From NCBI GenBank assembly GCA_965153455.1, contig OZ234493.1, positions 6,562,213 through 6,626,212 of the forward strand: 64,000 nucleotides of DNA, given 5' to 3'. Under the pieces are notes generated by a model. It did no database searches. It worked only from the letters and a program-made list of their open reading frames with translations, and was not told where the DNA came from. Both the position numbers and the translations under genes were made by a program. Positions 26,067 to 39,278 of the stretch are shown piece by piece. Numbering within the stretch: the first letter of the stretch is position 1; every line of letters begins with the position of its first letter. The stretch is from Sphagnum compactum (lineage: Eukaryota).

Positions 26067-28390
26067 CACTAGTAGAAAAAGGCCAAAATGTAACCAATTG
26101 ATTTGTGACTACATGCAACTAATTGTTGTTTACAACTAACATTGGATACATTTGCAACTAAAAATCACATCACACATTTTTTGGTCACATTTATGACTAT
26201 ATTGTAATTGTTGGGTTTTTCATTCTTTTAATGGGATGACTTTTCACATGGGTGCAATAAGACAAAAAAGAGCCACATCAAATGTAATGCTTATTTAATT
26301 TTTCGCATTTAGAAGTGGCGATTTAATTTGGTGTTGAATTTTTAAAAAAAATATTGTAAGGTTCCTAATAAATCATTGAAATATGTGAATTAACTTGAAA
26401 AATATCCAATGAATAAAAAGTTCTCAAAAACACTCATTAAACATTGTAGTGGTTGCTTCTAAGCATAAAAATGACTTGTAAATGGGGTTCAAAACTTTTG
26501 AAAATAATATATTTCTTGAAAATATTTTACACAAATTTTAACATAATAGTATTTTTAAAATTGAAGATTTCAAAAGACTTTTTTGAGGGTTTTAATGAAA
26601 ATATTTTTAAAAATATTCCCCCAAAAGCAATCCTTTAAGTAAACAGGTGTGCTTCATGTTATCCCGTTCGCACCCACACTATTTCCATTTAAAAAAGTTT
26701 TCATATGGCCCATAGTTGCAAAAGTGACCAACAAATGGTAACTAATACTTATCTATGCATTAAATTATGTATGTTACTCATTTTGTATTGGGTAAAATAT
26801 GTGTTATATGTTATGGTAACTAACAATTATGTATAGTCGGCCATTTGTATACATTATGTATTCCACATACGTTACAATATATATATGTGTTATTATCATG
26901 GATTGGTTAAACATGGTTTGAGAAAAACATTAACATGTATTAACTTCATATTAGGGTACATGTACAAGTGGCAATACATCAATCAACCATAAGTGTAAAT
27001 ATGCATATTTTGAGATTATTCAAATTATATTGGAACGTAGAAGTCATATTTTTAAATTTAAATTAAAGTGAGCATTTAAATGTTTTACAATAATTCTACT
27101 ACAATTAAAATAATTTATGCACTTATTTTAATTAAATTAATTTGAAAAAAATACAAAAATAAAGTTATTAATAACTACAGATAATTAGATTATTTAGAAA
27201 TTATAATTTAGAATTATAGTTCATATTTAATCTTGCTACAATAATTATAATGTAATTTGAGGAATTAATGTAATTACTTTCATTATTTTAAATTAATCTA
27301 TATTATTTATAATTATTTAATTACAATAATCAATTATTGTTCCAACACAAAAAAATTACCCTAATGTTATTATTTTACAATGTTAAACATTAGTTTAAAA
27401 TTATAAAATATATAAATTTAAATAATCATATATTATAGATTATAATTAAGATTTGCATTTAAAATTTACATAGTAATTTTACTCGTATTATGGTAATTAA
27501 TGTACTTACTATAATTAAAGTAATTTGATTATAGAAAATTATTGTATGTTATAAATTATAATGAAATTGGGATCTAAATTTTTTGCAATAATTATACAAT
27601 GTATAATTGAATGTAGTATTCATAATTTATAACTTATATTTCTAAATTAAAGTAGTATATATAGTTCATAGTCAATAATTATTAATGAATTAATATTATA
27701 GTTATCTATTAGTTAATTTATGTATTATGTATTGAAAACTTGTATGTAATTAATAAGTTAGTGAAATATTTATAAGTTATTAATAATTTAAGTGAAGGAT
27801 AGTGAATACTTAATATTTACTAGATATACTAGGTATTTAGCTTAAGTAGGTAGGTAGCTTAAATGGGTGGGTAGGTATTTAGACTGCTAACCTACCTACC
27901 TATTTAAGTACATACTTACCTAAATTTAATTGATTTTTATTTGGTGTAAATTGAAATTAATATGCCACATTGCAAATTTGTATTGCACCACATCACAATC
28001 TAAGACTATCCAAACATTGGAATCTAATGGCTTAGATTGGGTCTCATTTATTTTCAATTACAAAAGAAAGAAAATAAAATGCATTCAAATGTCACCATGT
28101 GTCAATATTAAGGAACTCCACGTGGCAAAACATTGGTTGCCACCGAAATAGTTACAAATTAATTTCAAATGGTCATACACATGAAGTATTCTATATGTTG
28201 GATGAAACCATATACATACTTTCCATGTGCATCCATAGATTGATGACATCATCATCATGATGTCATCACTATTTGCAACTAATATATCTTACGACTAGTT
28301 TTAGGTACAATTTTTTTAGTTGCAAAACGTCGCTTGTGACTAAAAAATAGTTGCATAGCCTAGTCACAATTTAAGGCTTTTCTTCTAGTG
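26067..28390. mobile_element. Non-autonomous CACTA element
   Basis: CACTAGTAGAAAA ... TTTTCTTCTAGTG with 3-bp TSD ATA (26064-26066 / 28391-28393); subterminal GCAACTA repeats. Confidence 0.9.
26250..26675. mobile_element. GGGTGC...GCACCC MITE (426 bp) nested in the CACTA element
   Basis: Termini GGGTGCAAT / TTCGCACCC; 4-bp flanks ACAT / ACAC; interior resembles 56090-56529. Confidence 0.7.
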
Positions 28391-30225
28391 ATAGGAGCTA
28401 ATGATGCCTTTGAAGGTGACTATTTTTAATTTTTTTTAAAATTAAAATCTTTTGAAAATATCTTTTTTGTAAGTTAAAAAAAAATACTATTATGCTCAAA
28501 TTTATATCAATTATTTTGCAAAAATTAATATGTGAATAAGTATTGAAATTTTGAAATTTGCAAAAATAACTAGGTATGTGTCTTTTTACATTATGCCCAA
28601 GAATGAAACAATAATTTTAAAATGACTTTTGGGTTTTTTAATTCCTTAAATTAATATCAAACAAGCTTTCATATGTTCCCATTATATATCATGAATGTTA
28701 CTATATATTTTTATTTTAAAATTTCAATAGCAATCTAAATTACCATTTCAAAACATGAAATATAAGTGGTGGTAATGCCTACTTTTGGCTCCTATTAGCA
28801 TGATCACACCTTATGGTAGTATACTTGTAACTCATATTATTAGTTGTGGGTATGATCCCTAAAGTTCAAATTTTTTTCTTTTATGATGGGCATTTCTGAT
28901 TAGCCCATCACAAAAAAAAACATCAAGCATTGAACAATCCCAAAATAAATATATTGTAATGTCATGTTTTAAGGTTGTTGCTTATATAGGCTACAAGAAT
29001 AGAACTTAAAGTAAAGGACATGGGGTGAAGTGAGGAGTTATTGGGAATTTGGGAACTTGGGGAACATGTTGTGCCTTTTTTGGCCTAGATTAATGGTAAT
29101 GGCATGAACTATGGTTGTATAGTATTTTCATAGAAAAGGAAATACAAAAATAAATAATTGATCCATTTCCAAGGGACATTTCCAAGGCCTTGGATGAACT
29201 AGCACCCACATTTAGTCTACCACTATGGTAAAAACCCCAAATTTCATTTGAATTTTTTAAAATATTAATTACAAATATCCCATGTTGAACTAAATTATCG
29301 TCTTTAAATCCAAATCTAACATTTTTCAGGCTTAACATGGACATTAAAAGGCTTCACTAAAACTTGAAGGTACTAGTGTAGGTGCTGGCTCGCCTTGGCC
29401 CATCACCTTATAGGAGTAAAAATTTTGTGAATAATAAACACAACAAGAAATAATTCAAGTTTGTTTCAACAATGATATTGTGACTAGTTGCACATTTCAT
29501 TCATGCTATGGTGATGAAACCTTTAACCTTTCAATGAAAGTTGAGCAAAGTTGTGAATTTATCTAGATGACTTTAATGTATATGTGGCAATCTAAACTAT
29601 CATTATTATCATGTAATGACTACTATGGCATGAAAAATTTATTAAATGAATCTTGGCAATATTTTCATTTTTGCCCCACCTATTTTCCTTAAGACTTTTT
29701 GCACATATATTTTTATCATAGCATTTTGGCTATTTTAGCCACCAAAAAAAGCTCTGGAAGGCATGGCAAAATGCACAATAAGAAGAAAGAAAATGTGTAT
29801 ACATATAGAGATCACATGGCCTAACCCACACAACACCTTTGAAACCCAAGTTTAGTAGTGATTATTATTGAAACTTTTTTATCATTCATTGTAAGGAAAG
29901 GAAAGAAGGATACAACCACAAATCTATTTGTGCTACAATGTGCAAATCAAATGATATTGTAATTTTATACACTAAAATCCTTAAAATACACAATCCACAC
30001 TATTTATTATTGCACATGGATACACAAATGGGGCTGTATATTATGATATGCAAAGACACCCTTCTTTTTTTTGCAAAAATTAAGATGACAAACTTATGAC
30101 TACCAATTAGATCTAAAATTCTTCTAGGTTAGCCCTACATTTTTAAGTTTAGGTTTAGGCTTCCTAGGCTAAACTAAGTTGCATATACATTTCATGAATA
30201 AAATTATCATGATCAAGGACCCTAT

Positions 30226-32061
30226 CACTATGAGAAAAAAAAGGTGTTTTGCAACTGGCCTTGTAACTCAATTTTTGAGTTGCAAAAGACACTTGCAACT
30301 CACTGTATTTATATGCTATGAGTGCTAACAGACAAAATACATGAGTTGTAAAGTTGTAACTCACTATATATATAGTCCAACTCATTATAACTCAATTGCA
30401 ACTTAGTCAAAACATCTCGTTTTCAACTACTATTCAACTCCATTATAATTGCACACATGATGTCATACTAATGTCATTAATTATCATCCATCTATTAAAA
30501 TATGACACATGACATTATGAAGATTTTTGGACATAATTTTTTTTTCAAAACATTGATTTCCATCATCCATTATAATTGTTAATGATGGTCCAAGATTGTG
30601 ACACATGGCACAACCAATAATGGCCACATGGGATATTAATTATATTTTGGAATATATATATAGTTAGGTAAATCGTACATAACCATAGGTAAGTAGGTTA
30701 GTAGGTCTTAAAACCTACTTGCTTACCTAGGTAAGTAAATAAGTAGGAAAGCACAAAACTAAGTGCATTAAAAAATAACTATGAAATTTTATTTTTTATT
30801 TTATGTTTTTCCTTTGGGTTAAGCTTTTTTAAGCTCATCCCAAAATGGCACATGTATAACATAAGAGAACAAACCTTTTTTATATAGTTTGTAACATGGG
30901 ATTCAAAGACAGAGCATATGGGTTAAACCTTTTAGTTATTCATTATTTACAAATTGAATTACAACTATAACATTTTAGCGCTCAATGCAAACCAAATCCA
31001 AGGGGAGGGTTCCATTTTTTTTTGTGTAAACAAAACTTGAACCCCTCCTATTGTCACATTTGGTGCACTAAAAATCGTCAAAAATGAAATAGAATTGAAA
31101 AAGTTATGGCCCCTCAAAGTAGAGGGGGTCAAGAACTCAAAAAAACAAACCACCAAATGCTTCAAAGACCGGTTCTCAAACACCAAAAAAATTCCTTGTA
31201 TGTTGCTCAATTGTTATTAAAGTTCAAAGATGATTTGTAAAACTTTTAGTGACACTCCTGTAGCACTTTAAATTGTTTAAAATGAGTAAGAAATAAGAAA
31301 GTTATGAGGTTTGAAAGTAGGAGGTGTCCAAAAAGGGAAAAAAAGGAAAAAAATAATATTTTGTAAGTATTTCTTTTCTTGTTTTTTTTTCATTATTCAT
31401 TTTCATTTGCACTTCAAAAATGATTTCTAGAACTTGAGGTAATGCTCCCATAATATTTTAAATCATTCAAAATGAAACACATATGATGAAAATATAAATA
31501 ACTGATGAATATGTATCCTTATTAAGTTAGAAGTAATTGTATTATAATCATAACATAGTTGAACAATAATATTTTGGTAGTGGTGCATTAGTGGCCATAC
31601 TAATTGTATCAATGAGAATCATAATAAAAAACTAGTTGCAAATGTATCCCATAATGGGTGGTGGAAATGTGGACACGTGACATGATCGCATGTATGTACA
31701 TTATACACTAATTGCAACATAATTGTTGCTTTAGTGACACATTTATAATAGTTCTAAAGTAGTTGCCACATGCAATACAATGCAATTCTTGAAAAAGTCA
31801 AAAATGATTGATTACATATGTATGTATGATGTGTATAAATTATCATATTAAATATCCATTTTCAACTCACTTGCAACTATAATACAACTAATTCATTTTC
31901 TGACATGGCAATTTATTTAGTAATAAATTATATTCTTAAAGGGATAATTGCATAGTAGTTGTAATACCCAAGGGATAATTGCATAACAATTGTATATGAG
32001 TTATTTTTTGAGTTTTATCAACAAGGTAGTGTGGTTTTGACAAACGCAATTTCTCATAGTG
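30226..32061. mobile_element. Non-autonomous CACTA element
   Basis: Perfect 12-bp TIR CACTATGAGAAA / TTTCTCATAGTG and 3-bp TSD TAT (30223-30225 / 32062-32064). Confidence 0.92.
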
Positions 32062-34764
32062 TATGCCCTCCCTCATTATCACAAAATGTCATATGCTACA
32101 TCATCACCATCCACACATGAATAGGTGGCACCATTTGGTTTGGCATATTGTAATTGCAATCCAAGGAGGTGATCTTTTTAATGATTTTTATGGGGGTTTT
32201 ATTTTTTCCCCCTTTTTCATCCAACCCATAATTATTTATTTTGTAATGTGATAATTATTTGGTAGGCCATTTTTTATATTTGATATAGTCATCAAATATT
32301 TGACATCCTATATCAGCACAACCTATGTTATTAATTCTTCAAAACAAACTCATTCAAAGTTTCAACATTTACACCATTCAAATGTAAACATTTTGAAATC
32401 TATCAAAAGTCATATTCATTAAACTAGTAATGGAGTCTATGTCTATCCATTTACTATTAGTAACAACATATTTGAATTTAAAATGCCTTTTGTATTTTGA
32501 AAAATAATTTAAGAGTAGCATGATTGTTGTTTTTTGGTTTATTTAACAAATTAATTAGTAGATGATATATCCCCCACCTAGTTACCACCTTTTTTTCATC
32601 TTATGTATTCTACACATCCACCATGTACTTTCATATAATCAACCATAGACCAAATGACATGTGTCTTACATGTGTTCCTCATAATGTTGTGCTCTTATTA
32701 TTCATTTTCAAATTAATAAATTTAAAAATTATATTTATAACCCTATATGTATTTAATTGTGGTATTTGATAATTAAGGTATGATTTTTTTAATTTTAATT
32801 TTGAAAAATGATGTACCGTATATTTTTCACATGTCATTTAAAAAAAGATGGAAATGGTTTCCCAAGAGTTGTAAACCACAAGAATTGCATAATCTTACAA
32901 CTAGTGAAATCCTTGTCAAAAGGATGGTTGTCTAAAACAATGGATACAAAATCCACCTTTGGTTGTAGGAGGTATGCGACTATTGTTATGATGAGGTGTT
33001 ATGTGGTGTCTTTTGTGCATAGCCATCTTTTACCACTTGTCCAAGGTAACTATAAACTTTTGAAGTTGCATGTGTCATTTATGACTAAAATATCATTTAC
33101 AACTAAATTTATAATCACAAATTTATAAATCTCTTCTAGTATTTTCACTTGTATGTAATCCAAGAATGGTAATAAGTTTGCCAATTTATAGAGGTATGAA
33201 TATAAGTTGACAAATTAACAAAAGTTATGAATTTTGTGACTAAAGAGGTGTACATTCAAATTGTAGATAGTCTTTTGAAAAATTAAGTGAAAGAAGCAAT
33301 TGAATATTTAGTTTTAGAGTGAAAATCCCATGTTCCTTCACATGGTCTTATGGACGCTTTGGGGGTAGTTTTCCTTTGGTATTAGATGATGGCAAATTGT
33401 GAAAAGTTTTTCAAAAGACACATTAGTAATATTGCTGCCTTGCAAGGTTTGGACTTATCAAATGTAAGTAGGTTTTATTTTTTATATCTTTGGATTTGTA
33501 GATGTCATTCTTCAAGTTACTAATGATGAACAATGTTGTGTTAGCCACGAGGTGTCCTTACCATGTGAATCTTACTAGGGTGAATGTAGGGCACTTTTTT
33601 TATATTTTATGAAACACCTAAAATAAAAGGGTATTTTTTGGTACATTATGAAATATTGGAATATTGAAAGACTATTTTATTAAAATTGAAAATATTCTAG
33701 ATATATATTAGATACATTTTCAAAATGAATTATAGGTAGCCTACTTACATTGAAATAGGTTATGTTTTTATTTTTTAATGAATTATTACACCTTATATTT
33801 GTTTGCACACCATTTGGGAAAAAATGAAAGTGACCCCTTAGAATCTTATGACCCAACTTTAATTGTAGATTGTGAGGCAACTTTTTGTCCTTCTACTCCC
33901 AATTCTATGAGGTGATTATACTCGGAAGTACATATGCTACTGGTGAAAGAAAAATGCAAAATGTCTTTAGCTATTAAGTTGCATTTGTAGTTGAAAACAA
34001 ATAGTTTGCCTCCTATGCGTCATTTATGATTTGGGATTGATAGATGTATTTTCTAAATTCAAACACTCTAAATCCTAGAATTTTATATTAAACTATCACT
34101 CACCGAAACCAACTTTTAAGGATTTGACACTATGTTCAACTTGACATCAGACCTTTAATCACTAAAAACATGATTCTTATCACATACGTTATCCAAATCT
34201 AGCTTGCCTTAATTCATTGGAAAACTAACTACAAGGCGCACTTGCTACCAAATTTCAAGCTTTCCACCCAAATTAGTAAAAAATTGTGCCATAGATTCCG
34301 AAAAGGTTTCACGAAGGTAGAAAGTTCAATTTGACAACAAACCTCTAGTCACTTAAAACATTGTTGCCACCCCATAATTTATTCAAATAAATCTTTCATT
34401 AATTCATTGAAAAGCTAACTATAAGGCGCACTTGCCTATTAAATTTCAAGTTTTACACCTAAATAAAAAAAAAGTTATGCTATAAAACCCAAAAGGTCTT
34501 GTGAAATTTTTTTAAGATTTCAAACTCCCAAAATTACCCCTACTCATTTCCATTCTTTGAAAGGTACTACTATCATCCAAATTATTATTCTTCTTTCCAC
34601 CATCTATTAAGACTAATCATTCTTCTCCTCCCAATGAAAATTGTAGGAACAAGTTTTCCAAGATTCAAATTGAAGATTATGTCCGGATAAGAGAAAGCTC
34701 AAATGATCCAAATTCGCACCTTGAAAGAGAAGGATAAGAAAAGGAGGTGAAGGAAGACCCCAAC

Positions 34765-34915
34765 TTGGTGGCCAATGGAAGGTTCCAATGCTCGGTGGCC
34801 CTTGGAAGGTTCCAATGTTTGGTGGCCTTTGAAAGGTTCCAACATTTGGTGGCCTTTGAAAGGTTCCAATGCTTGGTGGCCCTTGAAAAGTTCCAAGCTT
34901 CGTGGCCCTTGGAAA
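34765..34915. repeat. 27-bp minisatellite, ~5.6 copies
   Basis: Unit TTGGTGGCCCTTGGAAGGTTCCAATGY. Confidence 0.9.
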
Positions 34916-35154
34916 GAGAAGGAAAAACATCATTTTCACTTCTTCACACTTTGCCCCCCAACAAATTTTACTTAAACTTTTTTTTCCATTGATCTTAAGG
35001 TTTTACTTCACCATGAACTAAACGTTACTTTACTCCTTTCCTTCCTTTTCTTTGACCTATAAATTATAACCACGCATTTCAATGTACCAATTCTTCCACA
35101 CATTCATCACCGAGTTGATTTTGATTGAAGATTTTTTTTCCTTTCCTTGAATTC

Positions 35155-35559
35155 ATGGCGTTGCGCATGACCACGTCTTACAAGCCTAAAACTGCACAAG
35201 TGAATGAAGAACCTTCTCAAGAGTCGTCCCTAGATTTGACATTGACACAACATCCTCATGATGAAAATCCCGAACCGCGAGAAGTGCGCCTTCGTCTTGA
35301 AATTGAACCCCCTCGAGTTTGGTATTATCGTAAATCTCCAAACTCTCGTACCTTGGTGATTTTGTTGCAAATCGACCCCACTTCTGGTGATGAACATGAA
35401 ACTATTTGCAAAGGTTTTTCCGAAACTAAAGACACATCCATCTTTGCATGGTTTTCAATTCCCAATGTTGGACATTATCGTTGGTTGCACGATCCGATTC
35501 GTCGACTGCCTCTTAATAGCAAGGCAGATTATTTAATTCACACCATTCGACGCATCTAA
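35155..35559 (+). CDS. Open reading frame of unknown function (MALRMTTSYKPK...LIHTIRRI) inside the 33871 element
   Basis: Uninterrupted ~134-codon frame from ATG 35155, protein-like composition, CpG-rich relative to flanks; no motif recognised. Confidence 0.3.
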   Translation: MALRMTTSYKPKTAQVNEEPSQESSLDLTLTQHPHDENPEPREVRLRLEIEPPRVWYYRKSPNSRTLVILLQIDPTSGDEHETICKGFSETKDTSIFAWFSIPNVGHYRWLHDPIRRLPLNSKADYLIHTIRRI

Positions 35560-38500
35560 GATTTCCTGCAGTTATGAATTATCATTGTGACATAACCCAA
35601 AACTCAACATGTAATTATAGTTTATCCATAACCTAAATAAAGGCTTCACTCATCATGAAATCCATGTTGCCATTGCAGCCCTATCACACTATTTATTTTA
35701 ATCGTTATGTTGTTTCGAATTAATCTTACGCTTACAATGTCTGAAGATTATTCTATCTCCATTGGACCTTTCATTGACACCCTTCAACTGCTTCACTAAT
35801 CTCAAACATCCTCATTTACATGACTACCCATTAAATATCAGAACAAGATTAATGTTTTGCTGAACATTATGAATTTTAGCGTCTGCTTCTAACCCCAACC
35901 TTCTAAAGATTTCTCACCCCTAATCATGCAGCTGAGGTTCTAAAACTATGACTACTAGCTTTTGTTGAAGAAAAAAATTAACCCTACACTTCATTCATCT
36001 AACATCAAATTTTTAAAAAAATACCCCCCATGCAACCATCCACACTCATCATTCTTTATTCTAACATGAAGTTGCTAAAAACCTTTATTAGCCTTACCAC
36101 ACCCGAACATCCTTGATGCAATTTTAAAAAATTGAGACTACCGCACAAGGTGTGTCGGTATGGCTCACATAGATATCCTCTACACAAACTTGATTGTACA
36201 CAAATTTCAAAAATACATGAAGTTGATACAAATTGCCGTGGTACAAGTCTTGGCTTTATTGAGAATGAAAGATGCTTCAACCATTTGAATTTCATCAAAT
36301 CAAAGCTTTGCAATTGACTAACGACCTCATGGTTAGAATGTATTAATATTCAAGAACTTCACATAGTTGAAAAATCTTCCATACCCACAGGTGATTGTAG
36401 CTTGAAAGGATACACAAGTTCAATATGGTTTGGAAAGCTAATTTGATTTTGTTTGGGTAAGTTGAGATCTGAATTTTTGCCATTGGCCTTCAATTTCCAT
36501 GATCTTAGCATGTTTGATGCATCTCACTATCGCATTACAATTTTATCTTGGCAGTACTAACAAGTTTTGTTCTTTTGTATAGTTTGTGTTGTTTTGTAGG
36601 TGGCTTGTGTTATAGTTTGGGCAATTTAAGGATTCAATTCCCCCACGAGTTAGTTTTCAAACAATAGGTTTTTGTAATTGTGCATAGTTTGTGTTTTTTG
36701 CTACTTGTTTTGTGCAACATGTGTCTTAGATAAGTGTGTAGGAGAAGGTTACAAGTGTTGTAATGGGCAATTCCAAGGTTTAATGCCTGCACAAGTCAAA
36801 TTGGCAAAATCTTCATCTTGAAGGAACTTGTTCATCCCTAGTAGGAGCTCCAAAACATACAAGAATCAACTAAATTTTTTTAAGTGGACCAAACAAGCAG
36901 AGCCAAATTGAATTCCATTGCACATTCTAAGGTAATCAAACATTTGAAAATTTGTCACTGAAGGTCTTGAAAATAAAGAAGCTACTTACCCTTCCCACAA
37001 GCATTTCACCAAACTAGCCGTTGAGGCTATGGTGAATGCTTCCTCCTAACTAGGATAATTATTTGTAAAAGTTGAAAACTGAAACCCTGATATTCAGTGG
37101 TCGGTGCTGCACTGGGCGCAATGACTGATTCAGAAGACACATCCAGCTGTGTTGTGGTTGTGCAGATTGAAGTTAGTGGAGTGGATGTCCGTACTAAGCT
37201 TGGGCAACAACCTTGTTTGGTTGTCCCTGCCTCTAGGCAGGAGCTTCAGATCCAAGGCCTTAATGCTAGAAGTAGCTTTGGACCTTATGGACAAAAATAT
37301 GTGATTTTCAAACACAACCATATAAATACCTAGAATCTCAAATCTACATAAAAACACTAATTTTTGGACTTGAAGCTCCGATCCAGAATCTGTAAAGGAA
37401 GGAAATTTATTTGATATTCCACTTATTTCAAAGATCTATTTTATTGTTACACATCTTTTCTTTTCTTTTCCTTTTCTTGTCAAAATTTTTGGTGTGATCG
37501 CATTTTAATGCTTTTGTGAAGGAATACAAATTGTTCTGTGTAAACTAATCGAGATAATATGAAATGAAATTATGTTTTAAAATGAACTAAATTAATGCAA
37601 ATGTCATGGGATGGACCTTGTGTATTTTAGACCTTAAATTTTCTAGGCTTGGGTACGTGAGACCTCTTTGGGAGCATTGAAAAAGTTGGAGTGGGAGATG
37701 GCAGGACCCTAGTGTCAGAATCCAGGTAGCCAGTACTAGAACCTTCCTTTCTCCTAAGTGTGTTTTGTTAGCCACCGACATGTAAGTACTAATCCCACAT
37801 CATTGTGAATTGGATCTTCATCCTCACCTGTGCTTATGGTAGGATTAATTGTCGACTGCTGATGCGCTCCACTTAGTTTGTTCACGTCAGATACTTCCTG
37901 AGACCTGACAATGAGTTATGTTCTAATTCATTTCATGCATCGGCCTGTTCAACCTATTAACAAGTGGCACATCATGTAAAGAAAGGCTTTGGCAGCGGGC
38001 CCTTAACTCCTAAAGGTTGGTCAGGCCCAATATGTGCTGCTTTTCAGTGTAAATTCACACACCGTACCAACGTGGTTTGAAAGTGTTTAGACATATGGTG
38101 CAAAAATGATTGAATATTGAACAATGTTTTGAAAGAAAATTTAACAAAATCGAGATTAAATATATTAGGGAAATTTGGGCGAGCCCTTGGTACTGTTGGA
38201 AAAGCCTTAGATGAGTCAGGTTTCTTGAAGTGATTTCGTAATTTCTAAACGTAAGGTGGAAGAGATATTAAGTTTTGAGTAATTTTTGTCACTTGTAAAT
38301 TTAATTAAAATTATTTTTTTCACAGTTGAGTGATATTGTCAAGATCATGTTCACACTTGGGTCAGCAGCACAAGTCACAGTAGTGTTCCATGAAATTCTA
38401 AAAAAACCAACTCCCGTTCACAGTAACACCAAGTGAACATTCCACAAAACGTGAGACTAAACGAAAACACTTCTACGTAGAGCCAGCAAATTGACAAAGA

Positions 38501-38850
38501 ATCAGCTCTGGAAGTGAAAGTTTTCATACTCCAAAATAAAAAATAAGTGCTTTACTATCACTGTTTGTAAGTGTCACATGTTTGTGTGTGGTGTGCCCTT
38601 GTGAAGACTTTTTAGTTAGCTTGGGACTTGGTACACTTCTATTGGTGAAGTCAGCTCGACAAGCCCCCATCATAATGTTGCACGCATATAGAAGAATCAT
38701 TTCAGGGATGTTTTCTGCCAGCAATTACAGAAACCAGACAAAAGTGTGGGGATAAAAACTGTTTAGGCCCAGCCATTAGTCAATAGTGCTTGAGCATGGC
38801 GTGGCTTCGAGTGACAGGATTTTGTAATTGGTTCCAGAGCAGCAGTGGAG

Positions 38851-38996
38851 ATGGCGAATGATGGAGTAGCAGGGCTCGTCGTGTATGATGCTCGAATATG
38901 CGCACACCTGAACGAGAGCAACAGCGAGCATCCGGAGCAGCCAGCACGCATCAGCTCCATCTACCAATGCTTCAAATCTGCGGGCATTGTCGCCAG
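38851..38996 (+). pseudogene. Orphan first coding exon of a class II (HDA1/HDA5-like) histone deacetylase
   Basis: MANDGVAGLVVYDARICAHLNESNSEHPEQPARISSIYQCFKSAGIVA(R) followed by AG|GT. Matches the GLxYDxRMxxH...HPExPxRI..I N-terminal motif of class II HDAC domains. No downstream exon found in the window. Confidence 0.75.
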
Positions 38997-39278
38997 GTCA
39001 GGACCCAGTACGCTTTAAGCAAAAAGTTGGAAAGCAAAAGGTGGCTGGTGCAGCTAGCAAGCAAGCAAGCACCCGATTTGCGGATCTTCCGCGTTCGTTG
39101 GAACGGCCCCACGGAGAAATCCGGATGGCAGGATAGAAAGAGATAAAAACAACAACAGCGGCAGCGTAAGAGAAGAAAAGAACAGGACACTCCTGGTCCA
39201 TAATTTCAATGAAGAACAGTGCGGAAGACGGTCGGGCAGGTTGAATTTGTGAGCCAGTGGGCTTTTTTTTTTTTTTTG

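Larger units (their letters stand above)
26048..28811. mobile_element. GGG-terminated MITE (~437-bp core) hosting a CACTA element
   Basis: Ends GGGTTCAAACACTCTAATA[insert]GGAG ... CTCCTATTAGCATGATCACACCT. Perfect 4-bp TSD TATG (26044-26047 / 28812-28815). Same family as 56090-56529. Confidence 0.8.
33871..36100 (+). mobile_element. Unclassified element whose first ~800 bp equal the arm of the 53590-54900 foldback
   Basis: 33871-34665 aligns with the reverse complement of 54105-54900 and with 53590-54107. It has a ~190-bp internal duplication (34134 vs 34324), then a minisatellite and an ORF. Right end uncertain (..TTACCACA at 36100). Confidence 0.6.
33150..36420 (+). pseudogene. C-terminal half of a ZNF862-like hAT transposase relic, split by ~2.6 kb of insertions (~33578-36155)
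   Basis: Left part KEAIEYLVLE*KSHVPSHGLMDALGVVF...MSFFKLLMMNN...HVNLT; right part LIVHKFQKYMKLIQIAVVQVL/GFIENERCFNHLNFIKSKLCN*LTT (hAT dimerization-domain ERxF...K..RN.L pattern). Confidence 0.7.

Noticed and set aside
34765-34915. CRISPR-like array or repeat-protein ORFs
   Set aside because: Units are head-to-tail with no unique spacers; ORFs in several frames arise only because the unit is 27 bp.
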